From: an uncultured Candidatus Saccharibacteria bacterium | GTDB taxonomy: Bacteria > Patescibacteriota > Doudnabacteria > UBA920 | Assembly (NCBI GenBank): GCA_964453405.1 | Contig: CAYVOF010000002.1 | Span: 10,825-74,824 of the forward strand | Direction of reading: 5' to 3' | DNA: 64,000 nt | Shown: positions 38,910-47,196 of the stretch, piece after piece | Position numbering within the stretch: the stretch's first letter is position 1 | How the letters are laid out: each line of letters opens with the position of its first letter | Notes under the pieces: model-generated | Databases searched by the model: none | Told to the model about the DNA's origin: nothing | Seen by the model: the letters and a program-made list of their open reading frames with translations, nothing else | Position numbers and translations under genes: made by a program

Positions 38910-39107
38910 TTAGCGACTAGCTCCCGAATTAGCTCTTAGAAAGGTCATGATGCGGGCGATATCCTTTTTAACCATTGAGAGTTGATTAGTGTTTTTAACC
39001 TGACCAAGCTTGATCTTCATCTTGAGGTTTTCGCGCTTTTCTTGCAAAGTTGTTAACTCCTTGCGCAAAGCTTCGACTGATTGTGACTTAACTTCTGAAT
39101 ATTTCAT
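38910..39107 (-). CDS. rpmC: 50S ribosomal protein L29
   Basis: 65 aa in the expected operon position. Confidence 0.85.
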   Translation of the reverse strand: MKYSEVKSQSVEALRKELTTLQEKRENLKMKIKLGQVKNTNQLSMVKKDIARIMTFLRANSGASR

Positions 39108-39108
39108 C

Positions 39109-39516
39109 TTATTGCTTGATTAGGAATTTAGTCTTTACGGGTAATTTGTGAGCAGCTAAACGCATGGCTTCGCGAGCAGCAACTTCTGGAACACCGTCCA
39201 TTTCGAACAAAATACGACCAGATTTAACAACTGCTACGAAGTGAGATACAGAACCCTTACCACTACCCATTACAGATTCGTTACCGTGATCAGTCATTGG
39301 CTTATCTGGGAAAATACGAATCCAAATTTTGCCACCACGTTGAACACTACGAGTCATAGCTCGACGAGCAGCTTCGATTTGGCGAGCAGTTACAAAACTG
39401 CCTTCCATAGCTTTAAGGGCATAGCTTCCAAAAGCAATAAAATTGCCAGAAGTTGCTTTACCTTTGTTATGACCGCGATGATGTTTGCGGTGTTTGACCT
39501 TTTTTGGAATTAACAT
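39109..39516 (-). CDS. rplP: 50S ribosomal protein L16
   Basis: [16 protein letters not shown]-terminus. Confidence 0.9.
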   Translation of the reverse strand: MLIPKKVKHRKHHRGHNKGKATSGNFIAFGSYALKAMEGSFVTARQIEAARRAMTRSVQRGGKIWIRIFPDKPMTDHGNESVMGSGKGSVSHFVAVVKSGRILFEMDGVPEVAAREAMRLAAHKLPVKTKFLIKQ

Positions 39517-39548
39517 ATTCTTGTTCTAAATAAACGTTATCTAATTAT

Positions 39549-40208
39549 TTAAGTGATTATTGGCGCCTTACCGGTGGCAAAAATGTCTCCGCGATAAATC
39601 CAGACTTTAATACCAATTGTTCCGTAAGTAGTATGAGCAGTTGCTTTAGCGTAATCAATATCAGCGCGCATAGTATGCAAAGGAATCTTACCACTAGACA
39701 AATGTTCAGTACGAGCAATTTCTGCTCCGTTCAAACGTCCACCGATAGAAACTTTTACACCTTTAGCACCAGCTTGCATGATCTGTTCTAGTGATTGCTT
39801 CATTAAGCGACGAAAAGCTACGCGGCGTTCGATCTGTTCGGCAATACCATTTGCAATTACTTGCGCATGCATATTAACGTCACGGATTTCTTCGATATTT
39901 ACTTTAAGTTCACTCTTGATCTTAAGCTGCTTTTTAACACGCTTCTTAAGTTCTTCGATTCCCGCGCCACCTTTACCGATAATTAAACCAGGTTTAGTAG
40001 TGCGAATACCGATAGTGATAGTGCCGTCGTTAAGACGTTCGATATCGATACGCGCTAGACCAGCTTTGCGAAGGTGCTTTTCGAGATATTCTCGGATCGC
40101 TACGTCTTCTTTAAGCTGCTGGACGTAATTGCCTTTAGAGTACCACTTGGACTTCCAAGTGTCGGTAATCTTAAGTCTAAATGAAGTTGGATTAATCTTA
40201 TTTCCCAT
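39549..40208 (-). CDS. rpsC: 30S ribosomal protein S3
   Basis: MGNKINPTSFRL start and KH domain. Confidence 0.9.
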   Translation of the reverse strand: MGNKINPTSFRLKITDTWKSKWYSKGNYVQQLKEDVAIREYLEKHLRKAGLARIDIERLNDGTITIGIRTTKPGLIIGKGGAGIEELKKRVKKQLKIKSELKVNIEEIRDVNMHAQVIANGIAEQIERRVAFRRLMKQSLEQIMQAGAKGVKVSIGGRLNGAEIARTEHLSSGKIPLHTMRADIDYAKATAHTTYGTIGIKVWIYRGDIFATGKAPIIT

Positions 40209-40213
40209 ATTAT

Positions 40214-40867
40214 TTATTTAGTAGTGTTATCGCTATCTGTTTTTGCTGGAATTGAATCTGCTTCGTTTTCGTGATGAACTTCCTTAGCTTTTGGAGCTTC
40301 TTCAATTTTTTCTTCCTTGCCCATTTCTGGTAAACCAAGTGAACCTTCTACAGTTTGAACTGGCTTGGATTCTTTCTTAGTTTTTGGAACTTTTGCAGCT
40401 GCTTTTTTAGCTTTGATAGCCTTTTCTTCTAGAACCACATTTACGTGACTCATCTTGTGACGGATTACAAAAGCACTACCACGGGCACGCGGAAAGGCAC
40501 GTTGGAGAACTGGCCCCATGTCGCAGGTAATGCTCTTAATAACTAAACCATCACGATTTAAAGAAAAATTATGTTCAGCGTTTGCTACAGCAGATTGTAA
40601 AAGTTTCGCAATCATTGGTGCACCTTTTTTATTGGTGAACTGTAATTGAACCAAGGCATCGCCAACGCGCATGTTTTTAACCATGTTGGTAACCAAGCGA
40701 AGCTTACGTGGAGAAATTCTAAGATTACGAGCGTGAGCACGTACCATTTGCTTTGGCTTTTCTACCACAGCTGTCGCAGTCTTTGAGGCAACCTTAACAG
40801 GAGCCTTGCTAGCTGGGGCTTTTGTAGTAGTCTTAGTATTCTTTTTTGCAACAGTTTTATCTGCCAT
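40214..40867 (-). CDS. rplV: 50S ribosomal protein L22 with long Lys/Ala-rich N- and C-terminal extensions
   Basis: L22 core (AHARNLRISPRK...) inside a 217-aa protein. Confidence 0.85.
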   Translation of the reverse strand: MADKTVAKKNTKTTTKAPASKAPVKVASKTATAVVEKPKQMVRAHARNLRISPRKLRLVTNMVKNMRVGDALVQLQFTNKKGAPMIAKLLQSAVANAEHNFSLNRDGLVIKSITCDMGPVLQRAFPRARGSAFVIRHKMSHVNVVLEEKAIKAKKAAAKVPKTKKESKPVQTVEGSLGLPEMGKEEKIEEAPKAKEVHHENEADSIPAKTDSDNTTK

Positions 40868-40903
40868 ATAATTGATTAGAAATTGAGGAAATTATTTGAG
40901 AAA

Positions 40904-41191
40904 TTATTTAGAAGCGGCTTCTGCTTTTTGCTCTTTAGCAAGCTTACCGCCATGACTAATGAACTTACGAGTTGGAGAGAATTCACCTAACTTATGTCCG
41001 ACCATGTTTTCGGTTACAAAAACTTCGAGATGGGTTTTACCATTGTGCACCATAAAAGTATATCCAACCATTTCTGGAGAGATTGCACAATCGCGAGCCC
41101 AAGTTTTGATTTTGTCGCCTGGCTTACCAGCTACAACTTTCTTCATCACTCGAGGATCTATAAATGGACCTTTTTTTAAACTTCTAGACAT
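40904..41191 (-). CDS. rpsS: 30S ribosomal protein S19
   Basis: [13 protein letters not shown]-terminus. Confidence 0.9.
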   Translation of the reverse strand: MSRSLKKGPFIDPRVMKKVVAGKPGDKIKTWARDCAISPEMVGYTFMVHNGKTHLEVFVTENMVGHKLGEFSPTRKFISHGGKLAKEQKAEAASK

Positions 41192-41231
41192 AAATTAAAT
41201 TAATTAACGTTTCTTAGATTGCGCTTAGCGC

Positions 41232-42077
41232 TTATCTCTTCTTAGTTCTTCGCTTAACAATAAACTTAGACGAACCTTTCTTCTTATCACGAGTCTTAAC
41301 ACCGAGCGCATGCTTACCCCAAGGAGTCTTAGGATATTTCATACCAATCGAGTTACGACCTTCACCACCACCATGAGGGTGATCAACTGGGTTCATTACT
41401 TTACCGCGAACTTGTGGTCTCCAGCCCATGTGGCGCTTACGACCTGCGGTTCCGATGCGAACATTCATCCAGTCACTGTTTGAAATTTGACCGATACTCG
41501 CTGCGCAAGTTTCGCGAACTTTACGAATTTCACCGGATGGTAGCTTTAGAAAAGCATAACCAGCTTCGATGTTCTGTAACAATACGCTATTACCAGCACT
41601 ACGAGCAAGCTTCCCACCACGACCTGGAATTAATTCTACGTCATGGATTAAGCTTCCCACAGGAATACTTGCAATTGATAAACGATTACCAGGATGAATT
41701 TCGGCTGTTTCACTATAAATAACTTTATCGCCGACTTTTAGACCCATAGGAGCAAGAATCAATCGCTTTACACCGTCATTATAATCGATTAACGAAATAA
41801 ACGCTGTGCGAGTTGGATCATACTCAATGGTCTTAACTGTTCCGGGAATATCTTTTCGATCGGCACGAACAAAGTCCACAATGCGAACTTTCTTTAGTGC
41901 GCCGCCGCCACGATGGCGGACAGTGATCTTCCCAGAATTATTACGACCAGCACTATTAGCTTTGCTCATTATTAAAAACTTTGGAGTTTTCTCTTTTTTG
42001 TTAAGCACTGCTGCATAATCGGTTACGCTAGATAAACGACGGCCTGGTGTAGTTGGTTTGTATAATTTAACTGCCAT
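41232..42077 (-). CDS. rplB: 50S ribosomal protein L2
   Basis: 281 aa with a conserved C-terminal GGGEGR region. Confidence 0.9.
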   Translation of the reverse strand: MAVKLYKPTTPGRRLSSVTDYAAVLNKKEKTPKFLIMSKANSAGRNNSGKITVRHRGGGALKKVRIVDFVRADRKDIPGTVKTIEYDPTRTAFISLIDYNDGVKRLILAPMGLKVGDKVIYSETAEIHPGNRLSIASIPVGSLIHDVELIPGRGGKLARSAGNSVLLQNIEAGYAFLKLPSGEIRKVRETCAASIGQISNSDWMNVRIGTAGRKRHMGWRPQVRGKVMNPVDHPHGGGEGRNSIGMKYPKTPWGKHALGVKTRDKKKGSSKFIVKRRTKKR

Positions 42078-42082
42078 ATATA

Positions 42083-42502
42083 TTAACTTGGTTCTACAAT
42101 ATCAATTTTCTTGCTTTCAGGTGTTAATGTGATCATTGCCTTTTTAAAACCGCTGCGCATTCCTTTGCTGCGACCAAACTGACGGCTTTTTCCACGAACT
42201 TGAATCATATTGATGTTAGCGATCTTTACACCATACATTTTTTCTACTGCTTGCTTAACTTCAATCTTGTTGAGTTTGCCATGAATAGTAAAAATGTATT
42301 GGTTAAAGCGACCTACGAATCCAGCTTTTTCGGAAACACGAGGAACAATTAAACCCTTGCTACCAAGACCACTATGAACAACATCCACCATTGCTTTTGG
42401 GGTTTGGTCATCCGAAGTCGCAGTTGGTGCAGCAGCTTTGTCAGCTACAGGAGCATCAACTACAGTTTCGCCAGTATTCTCTTTTTTAGAAAAAATTGCC
42501 AT
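42083..42502 (-). CDS. rplW: 50S ribosomal protein L23 with N-terminal extension
   Basis: L23 core (YQYIFTIHGKLNKIEVKQAVEKMYGVKI) in a 139-aa protein. Confidence 0.85.
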   Translation of the reverse strand: MAIFSKKENTGETVVDAPVADKAAAPTATSDDQTPKAMVDVVHSGLGSKGLIVPRVSEKAGFVGRFNQYIFTIHGKLNKIEVKQAVEKMYGVKIANINMIQVRGKSRQFGRSKGMRSGFKKAMITLTPESKKIDIVEPS

Positions 42503-42528
42503 TTAATTAGTTTAGTATAGAGGGATAA

Positions 42529-43287
42529 TTATTCTTGATCTTCTTTTTTAGTTGCAGGTTTAGCTTCTGCCTTAGCTGGAGCTTTTTCTGCCTTTGCTTC
42601 TACTTCTTTCTTTGCAGATGGCTTAGCCTTTGCTACTTTTGCAGTTTCTTTTAAGTAAGTCTTTTCGATTACTTGTAAGCTATCTTTAGTTACCAACATT
42701 GCGTCAGCCTTTAATATATCGGTGATGTTCAAGCTTGTTGCAAATGCAGTGTTAATTTCTTGTAAGTTGCGAGAAGCGCGAATTAAGTTGTCATCTTTTT
42801 TAGGAAGAACCATCATTTGCTTGTTACCCAAAGTTGGTAATTTAGCATGAAAGGCCTGCATAACTTTGATGAATTCTTTTGTCTTAGGAGCTTGTAGATT
42901 GATTCCATCAATAATGATGAATTTTCCGTCGCGAGCTTTGTCAGACAAAGACATGAATAATGCTTTAGTCTTAGCTTTCTTGTTGATCTTTACACTCCAG
43001 TTACGATCAGAAGTTGGACCAAAGGTGACTCCACCGTGGCGCCAGATAGGGCTACGAGTAGAACCAACGCGAGCGCGTCCAGTTCCCTTTTGCTTCCAAG
43101 GCTTTTTACCGCCACCACTAACTTCGCCGCGAGTTTTGGTGTTAGCCAAACCCTTACGAGCATTGTTAGCTTGCGCACGGACGCTTTCGGCCATTAGATG
43201 CAAAGATGGCTTAACGTCAAAGATTTGATCGCTAACTTCCATTTCGCCAACGGCTTCGGCATTTTGATTGTAAACTTGAATTTTCAT
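42529..43287 (-). CDS. rplD: 50S ribosomal protein L4 with Lys/Ala-rich C-terminal extension
   Basis: L4 core plus a roughly 50-aa KA-rich tail. Confidence 0.85.
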   Translation of the reverse strand: MKIQVYNQNAEAVGEMEVSDQIFDVKPSLHLMAESVRAQANNARKGLANTKTRGEVSGGGKKPWKQKGTGRARVGSTRSPIWRHGGVTFGPTSDRNWSVKINKKAKTKALFMSLSDKARDGKFIIIDGINLQAPKTKEFIKVMQAFHAKLPTLGNKQMMVLPKKDDNLIRASRNLQEINTAFATSLNITDILKADAMLVTKDSLQVIEKTYLKETAKVAKAKPSAKKEVEAKAEKAPAKAEAKPATKKEDQE

Positions 43288-43290
43288 AGA

Positions 43291-43962
43291 CTATTTCTTC
43301 TTTTTAGGATCTTCGACAACAGCGACGAATAATGGTTTAGTCACACCAGTAGTAGAAATGCGAATCATTCCATTACGAGTTCCTGGGACTGCACCTTTAA
43401 TCAAAATTAAATTCTTTTCAGCGTCAACATCAACAACTTGTAAATTTTTAACAGTTACGTTTTGAGTTCCCATATGACCGGACATGCGATGACCCTTGTT
43501 AACATGTTGAGGATATCGTTGACCGATAGAACCAACACTACGAGGTCGGTTATGACCATGACTCATTGGAAAACCGTGAAAACCATGACGCTTCATAGCA
43601 CCAGCAAAACCACGGCCTTTCATTACACCAATTACATCTACCATTTCGCCAATTTCGAATTGAGCAACTTCCACCTTTTGGCCAACTGTAAAGTCTTGTG
43701 GATTTTCTACACGAAATTCTACAAACTTTCCAAAGTTACCTAAATCTTTTTGGTGGCCTGCTTTTGCTTTGTTTGCGTTCTTGCTTCCAGCAATACGAGA
43801 GTTAACACCAACTTGAACAGCATTGTAGCCGTCTTTAGAATCAGCGGTCTTAACTTGAGTTACGATCATTTCTGGAGCTTGAACAACAGTAGCAGGAATA
43901 ACCTCGCCATTTTCTGCGAAGTAGGTTGTCATATTTAACTTTTTACCAACAATGAATTTCAT
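43291..43962 (-). CDS. rplC: 50S ribosomal protein L3
   Basis: Sequence similarity and position after rpsJ. Confidence 0.9.
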   Translation of the reverse strand: MKFIVGKKLNMTTYFAENGEVIPATVVQAPEMIVTQVKTADSKDGYNAVQVGVNSRIAGSKNANKAKAGHQKDLGNFGKFVEFRVENPQDFTVGQKVEVAQFEIGEMVDVIGVMKGRGFAGAMKRHGFHGFPMSHGHNRPRSVGSIGQRYPQHVNKGHRMSGHMGTQNVTVKNLQVVDVDAEKNLILIKGAVPGTRNGMIRISTTGVTKPLFVAVVEDPKKKK

Positions 43963-43975
43963 ACGGTTTTGATTG

Positions 43976-44080
43976 GTCTTGTCAGGTATGAGTATTTGTT
44001 ACTGAAACAGTCTGCGAGCGCCAGCTTGCGAAGCAAGCGAGAGCGCTGTTGAAGAAACAAATACTCATACCTCCAAGACT
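43976..44080. repeat. GC-rich palindromic intergenic element, copy C, between rpsJ and rplC
   Basis: Arms ggtatgagtatttgtt...aacaaatactcatacc (extended by gtcttg / caagac) around the core cagtctgcgagcgccagcttgcgaagcaagcgagagcgctg, which is related to the copy B core. Confidence 0.6.
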
Positions 44081-44246
44081 TCAAGTCTTATTAAATAAAA
44101 AAATGTGGCTAATCACCACATAAAAACAATTCATCTATTTATTGTCGCAGGCGACAAAACGATGCTTTGCTTGTATTTGGCGAATAGTTATCTAAGCTTA
44201 GTAGCTGTTTGGGCTGAAAAAAGTTTAGAACAAATTCACACTATCT

Positions 44247-44570
44247 TTAACTCATTTTAATCTCTACGTCTACTCCAGCTGGTAAAGCGAGGTTAGTAAG
44301 AGAATCGATGGTTTTTGGGGTCGGATCGAGAATGTCGATCATGCGCTTATGAGTGCGCATTTCAAACTGTTCTCGGCTATCTTTATGTACAAAAGTCGAA
44401 CGAAGCACTGTGTACTTTCGCTTTGCGGTCGGCAAAGGCACTGGTCCAGAAACACTGGCTCCAGTTCTCTTGGCGGTATCAACGATTTGCTTAGCACTCT
44501 GATCGATTAACTTATGATCATATGCGCGAATCTTGATGCGAATTTTTGGCTTGTGTTCGGCCTTTTCCAT
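44247..44570 (-). CDS. rpsJ: 30S ribosomal protein S10
   Basis: [17 protein letters not shown] motif. The track start at 44585 is a TTG; the ATG start MEKAEH is at 44570. Confidence 0.9.
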   Translation of the reverse strand: MEKAEHKPKIRIKIRAYDHKLIDQSAKQIVDTAKRTGASVSGPVPLPTAKRKYTVLRSTFVHKDSREQFEMRTHKRMIDILDPTPKTIDSLTNLALPAGVDVEIKMS

Positions 44571-44674
44571 AAAATAGATTGACAATATGCTGTTTTTGGC
44601 TTATTTATAAAAGATTTTAGCCACTATTCAGCAATTAAAAGCACTAGCTTTATTGCTAGTAGAACTTAATCAAA

Positions 44675-44704
44675 ATTTTATCCCATATTTAGCAGAGTGT
44701 CAAG
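44675..44704 (-). promoter_or_regulatory. Putative promoter (TTGACA-18-TAAAAT) with a ~100-nt leader for the S10 operon
   Basis: Hexamers read on the minus strand; a long leader is expected for an S10 operon under autoregulation. Confidence 0.4.
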
Positions 44705-44739
44705 TTTTTATTGGGGAAAATATGAGATATTGATGGATA

Positions 44740-44768
44740 TTGACAAAATCTTAGATTTATGGTAAAAT
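44740..44768 (+). promoter_or_regulatory. Sigma70-type promoter TTGACA-17-TAAAAT (with TGG extension) for the methyltransferase gene
   Basis: Consensus hexamers 35 nt upstream of the ATG at 44803; SD GGAGG. Confidence 0.5.
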
Positions 44769-44802
44769 AAGTTGGTTTTTATGTCTAAGTTATGGAGGAA
44801 TT

Positions 44803-45666
44803 ATGAAACCAACTATTTACCAGGTAGGCGCTCCAACCAGTGAAGTTAGGCGTCTTGAGAATTTGGAGTGGCCAAATGAAGTTAGCAAAAGTATCCTCGA
44901 AGCACTTCATGCTGGAATCCCAATCACTTCCCTACTCGATGCAGGAGCCGGCCCAGGAACACAAATGGCGGAACTGTGTTATAAACTCGATATTGAGTAC
45001 AGAGCATTTGACAATGGCAAAATGTCGACCCCAGTCGGCGACGTTTATATGGCTGACATTCTTAAAAGGAATCTGTGGGATAAAGGCCTTCTAGGCTCTT
45101 CGGTTGTTGCCGACGTATTGACCGTTGGACTAGACTCATTTGGTGACCGTAATTACGATCTGCGCGATAACAGTCTTCCTGATATTGTCCACATGCGGTT
45201 CGTACTTATGCACTTGCCAGCTTGTGAATGGGCTATGGCAATTATGAATATGCTCATGCTAGCACAGAAACGATTAATTTTGATGGAATACGATTGGCGA
45301 ACTGTTAAAAGTTCATCGCACCCCACATTAATCGAAGAAAGTGTAAAAACTTTTGAACGATTTGCCAAGTTGGTAAATCTCAACCTCTACGCCGGCCGGA
45401 ATCTAACAAACGAGGCAAATGGATTTGGTTACCCTGTAACTGAATGCGTATATTCCAGAGCTGAAGGTCATTATGCGCAAGAGCTGGCCTCTAAACTCCC
45501 GACAGGAATCGAGACGGCGAGGAAAATTGGCGAGATCGATCTGGCAAATGAGCTGCAAAATATAATGGATACTATCCTAGGATATGGAAATGGGTTAACA
45601 CTCGTTCCAGCAGAAATTCACGCCGTTGTGATCGATACATCAAAGGAACGCATTCGACGCGTTTAA
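44803..45666 (+). CDS. Class I SAM-dependent methyltransferase
   Basis: Motif I LDAGAGPGTQ. GC content is somewhat higher than in neighbouring genes. Confidence 0.65.
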   Translation: MKPTIYQVGAPTSEVRRLENLEWPNEVSKSILEALHAGIPITSLLDAGAGPGTQMAELCYKLDIEYRAFDNGKMSTPVGDVYMADILKRNLWDKGLLGSSVVADVLTVGLDSFGDRNYDLRDNSLPDIVHMRFVLMHLPACEWAMAIMNMLMLAQKRLILMEYDWRTVKSSSHPTLIEESVKTFERFAKLVNLNLYAGRNLTNEANGFGYPVTECVYSRAEGHYAQELASKLPTGIETARKIGEIDLANELQNIMDTILGYGNGLTLVPAEIHAVVIDTSKERIRRV

Positions 45667-45686
45667 ATTATGGTGAATATTCACCA

Positions 45687-45717
45687 CTCCGGAACTAAAC
45701 GTTCCGGAGTTTTTTAT
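45687..45717 (+). terminator. Rho-independent terminator
   Basis: ctccggaac taaac gttccggag followed by T6. It is preceded by a perfect 14-bp palindrome GGTGAATATTCACC at 45672-45685. Confidence 0.7.
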
Positions 45718-45721
45718 TTTC

Positions 45722-45750
45722 CAAAAAAAAGAAGCAATTACTTGCTTCTT
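45722..45750 (-). terminator. Rho-independent terminator for the minus-strand 156-aa gene
   Basis: gaagcaa ttac ttgcttc followed by a T-run on the minus strand. Confidence 0.6.
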
Positions 45751-45755
45751 AGATG

Positions 45756-46226
45756 CTAGCTATGATTAACCATAGCTTTTAGAACTTCGACTGAATTAAC
45801 TTGTGTAGGAATAGCAATCTCTACACGCTTATCACTATCTCCCCCACCATCCAAAACTGGATCAATCGGTGGTTCACTTATAACTAAACAATACTGCAAG
45901 TCGTGTGGATTTCCATTAATCTCTTCAGCATCGAGATGAATTTCAAAGCCCAGCGCCTCTTCTAAAGATTCAAGATATGTTTGCAAGACTTTAAAATCTG
46001 CTGCGGATAACTTTTCTAAAATAATTTCCAGATTGCGATTAGTGATGGTTATGCGGTCAACACCAAAACGAAACAATCGTAGCAAATTATTATCGGACAG
46101 TTCTTCTAGCTGTTGTAATATTTGAATGACGATTAACGTAATCGGAATGGAGCTACGTAGCATCCGCTGTATTGTATCGACACTCTTCCACTGAACTCTT
46201 CTCATATAATGTTCAATTTCCTCCAT
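45756..46226 (-). CDS. Hypothetical protein (156 aa)
   Basis: ORF bounded by terminators; no recognisable motif. Confidence 0.45.
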   Translation of the reverse strand: MEEIEHYMRRVQWKSVDTIQRMLRSSIPITLIVIQILQQLEELSDNNLLRLFRFGVDRITITNRNLEIILEKLSAADFKVLQTYLESLEEALGFEIHLDAEEINGNPHDLQYCLVISEPPIDPVLDGGGDSDKRVEIAIPTQVNSVEVLKAMVNHS

Positions 46227-46312
46227 TTTAAACTTAGACCCATTTTATCTAATCAAGTATTCTTCGTCAAAGAAAAAAGCGCTACCTCGATAGCACTTTT
46301 TTTAAAATAATT

Positions 46313-46672
46313 TTATAAACTACACTCTTGGTATAAAGTTCGAGTGTCCGGATTCGTCATAGTTTGACCTGTGACCTTTGCGTTATAAACGGAACATGTA
46401 TCTGTTGCAGGGATCCAGAACGTAGTTACTATGACATCTGAAGACACTGCTGATGCAGAACCAGAAGTAGTTGGCTTAATTGACCAGCTTCCACCAGTTT
46501 GAGATTTAATTGCCCAACTCCTACCAATATTAAAGTTTGCTGATGAAGGTGTGCCTTGAATATCTGCAAACGGACCGACATGGTAATAACGTGATGTCCA
46601 AAAAAAACCGACCAATGCACCAATGACTAGCATCAGTACTATTAGCATCATATTTTGTTGATTTTTTATCAT
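46313..46672 (-). CDS. Small signal-anchored, Cys-containing protein, paralog 2 (119 aa)
   Basis: Shares N-terminal TM plus the R.Y..GP.A..QGTPSSAN module with the adjacent gene; its own terminator lies downstream. Confidence 0.55.
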   Translation of the reverse strand: MIKNQQNMMLIVLMLVIGALVGFFWTSRYYHVGPFADIQGTPSSANFNIGRSWAIKSQTGGSWSIKPTTSGSASAVSSDVIVTTFWIPATDTCSVYNAKVTGQTMTNPDTRTLYQECSL

Positions 46673-46744
46673 TATAATTTAACAGTTAATTAATACCTTA
46701 AGTATGAGGCTTTTAAAAAAATCTGCCAAACGAGTTATCCCCAA

Positions 46745-46790
46745 ACAAAAAACTCCCCCCATATAAGAAGGGAGTTTTTTTATATTTTTA
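46745..46790 (-). terminator. Rho-independent terminator after paralog 1
   Basis: aaactccc ... gggagttttttt hairpin with T-runs on both strands. Confidence 0.6.
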
Positions 46791-47087
46791 ATTACCAGTT
46801 CCACCTGGGGTACTTGACCAATTCTCAGTCCAGTAATCACGACCATTGACCCGGCGGTGACATCTCATGTCTTCGCCCAGAGTCCCTGCGGCGCCACTAC
46901 TATCAAAATAACATAGATCTCCTGGTCGATGACCAGCCGACCCTTGTAAATTAGCAGAAGACGGTGTCCCCTGCAAACCAGCTAATGGTCCTGCTCCATA
47001 ATTACGAGCAGTAAAAGCCCAACCAATGAAGATGCCGATTGCGATCATTCCAACACCAATCAGGAGATCTTTTTGTTTCTTTTCCAT
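46788..47087 (-). CDS. Small signal-anchored, Cys-containing protein, paralog 1 (99 aa)
   Basis: N-terminal 47 aa paralogous to the 46313-46672 gene; two cysteines in a divergent C-terminal part. Confidence 0.55.
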   Translation of the reverse strand: MEKKQKDLLIGVGMIAIGIFIGWAFTARNYGAGPLAGLQGTPSSANLQGSAGHRPGDLCYFDSSGAAGTLGEDMRCHRRVNGRDYWTENWSSTPGGTGN

Positions 47088-47159
47088 TTTATTTTAAACA
47101 ATTAATTATTACTTTAAGTATGAGTTTATTTATAAAATAGTGCAAACAAGTTATCCACA

Positions 47160-47196
47160 AACAAAAACTCCCCCACCTCGGAGGAGTTTTTAAATT
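47160..47196 (-). terminator. Rho-independent terminator downstream of tuf
   Basis: aaaaactcctccgaggtgggggagttttt hairpin followed by a T-run on the minus strand. Confidence 0.6.

Larger units (their letters stand above)
46313..47196. repeat. Tandem duplication of two ~430-bp units, each holding a paralogous small gene with its own upstream and terminator region
   Basis: Upstream segments 46680-46760 and 47095-47185 align (aattaattaataccttaagtatgagg / aattaattattactttaagtatgagt; caaacgagttatccccaaacaaaaaactcccc / caaacaagttatccacaaacaaaaactcccc). Confidence 0.6.

Noticed and set aside
33051-43962. Numerous + strand ORFs in the track that lie antisense within minus-strand r-protein, secY and SDR genes (e.g. 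36193-36405, 39778-40128, 42866-43228, 43462-43743)
   Set aside because: They are fully embedded in strongly conserved coding genes on the opposite strand, lack an SD, and have low-complexity composition. They are most likely spurious antisense frames.
44076-44090. aagacttcaagtctt hairpin examined as a possible tRNA T-arm
   Set aside because: There is no acceptor or anticodon structure around it. It is a small hairpin adjoining repeat copy C.
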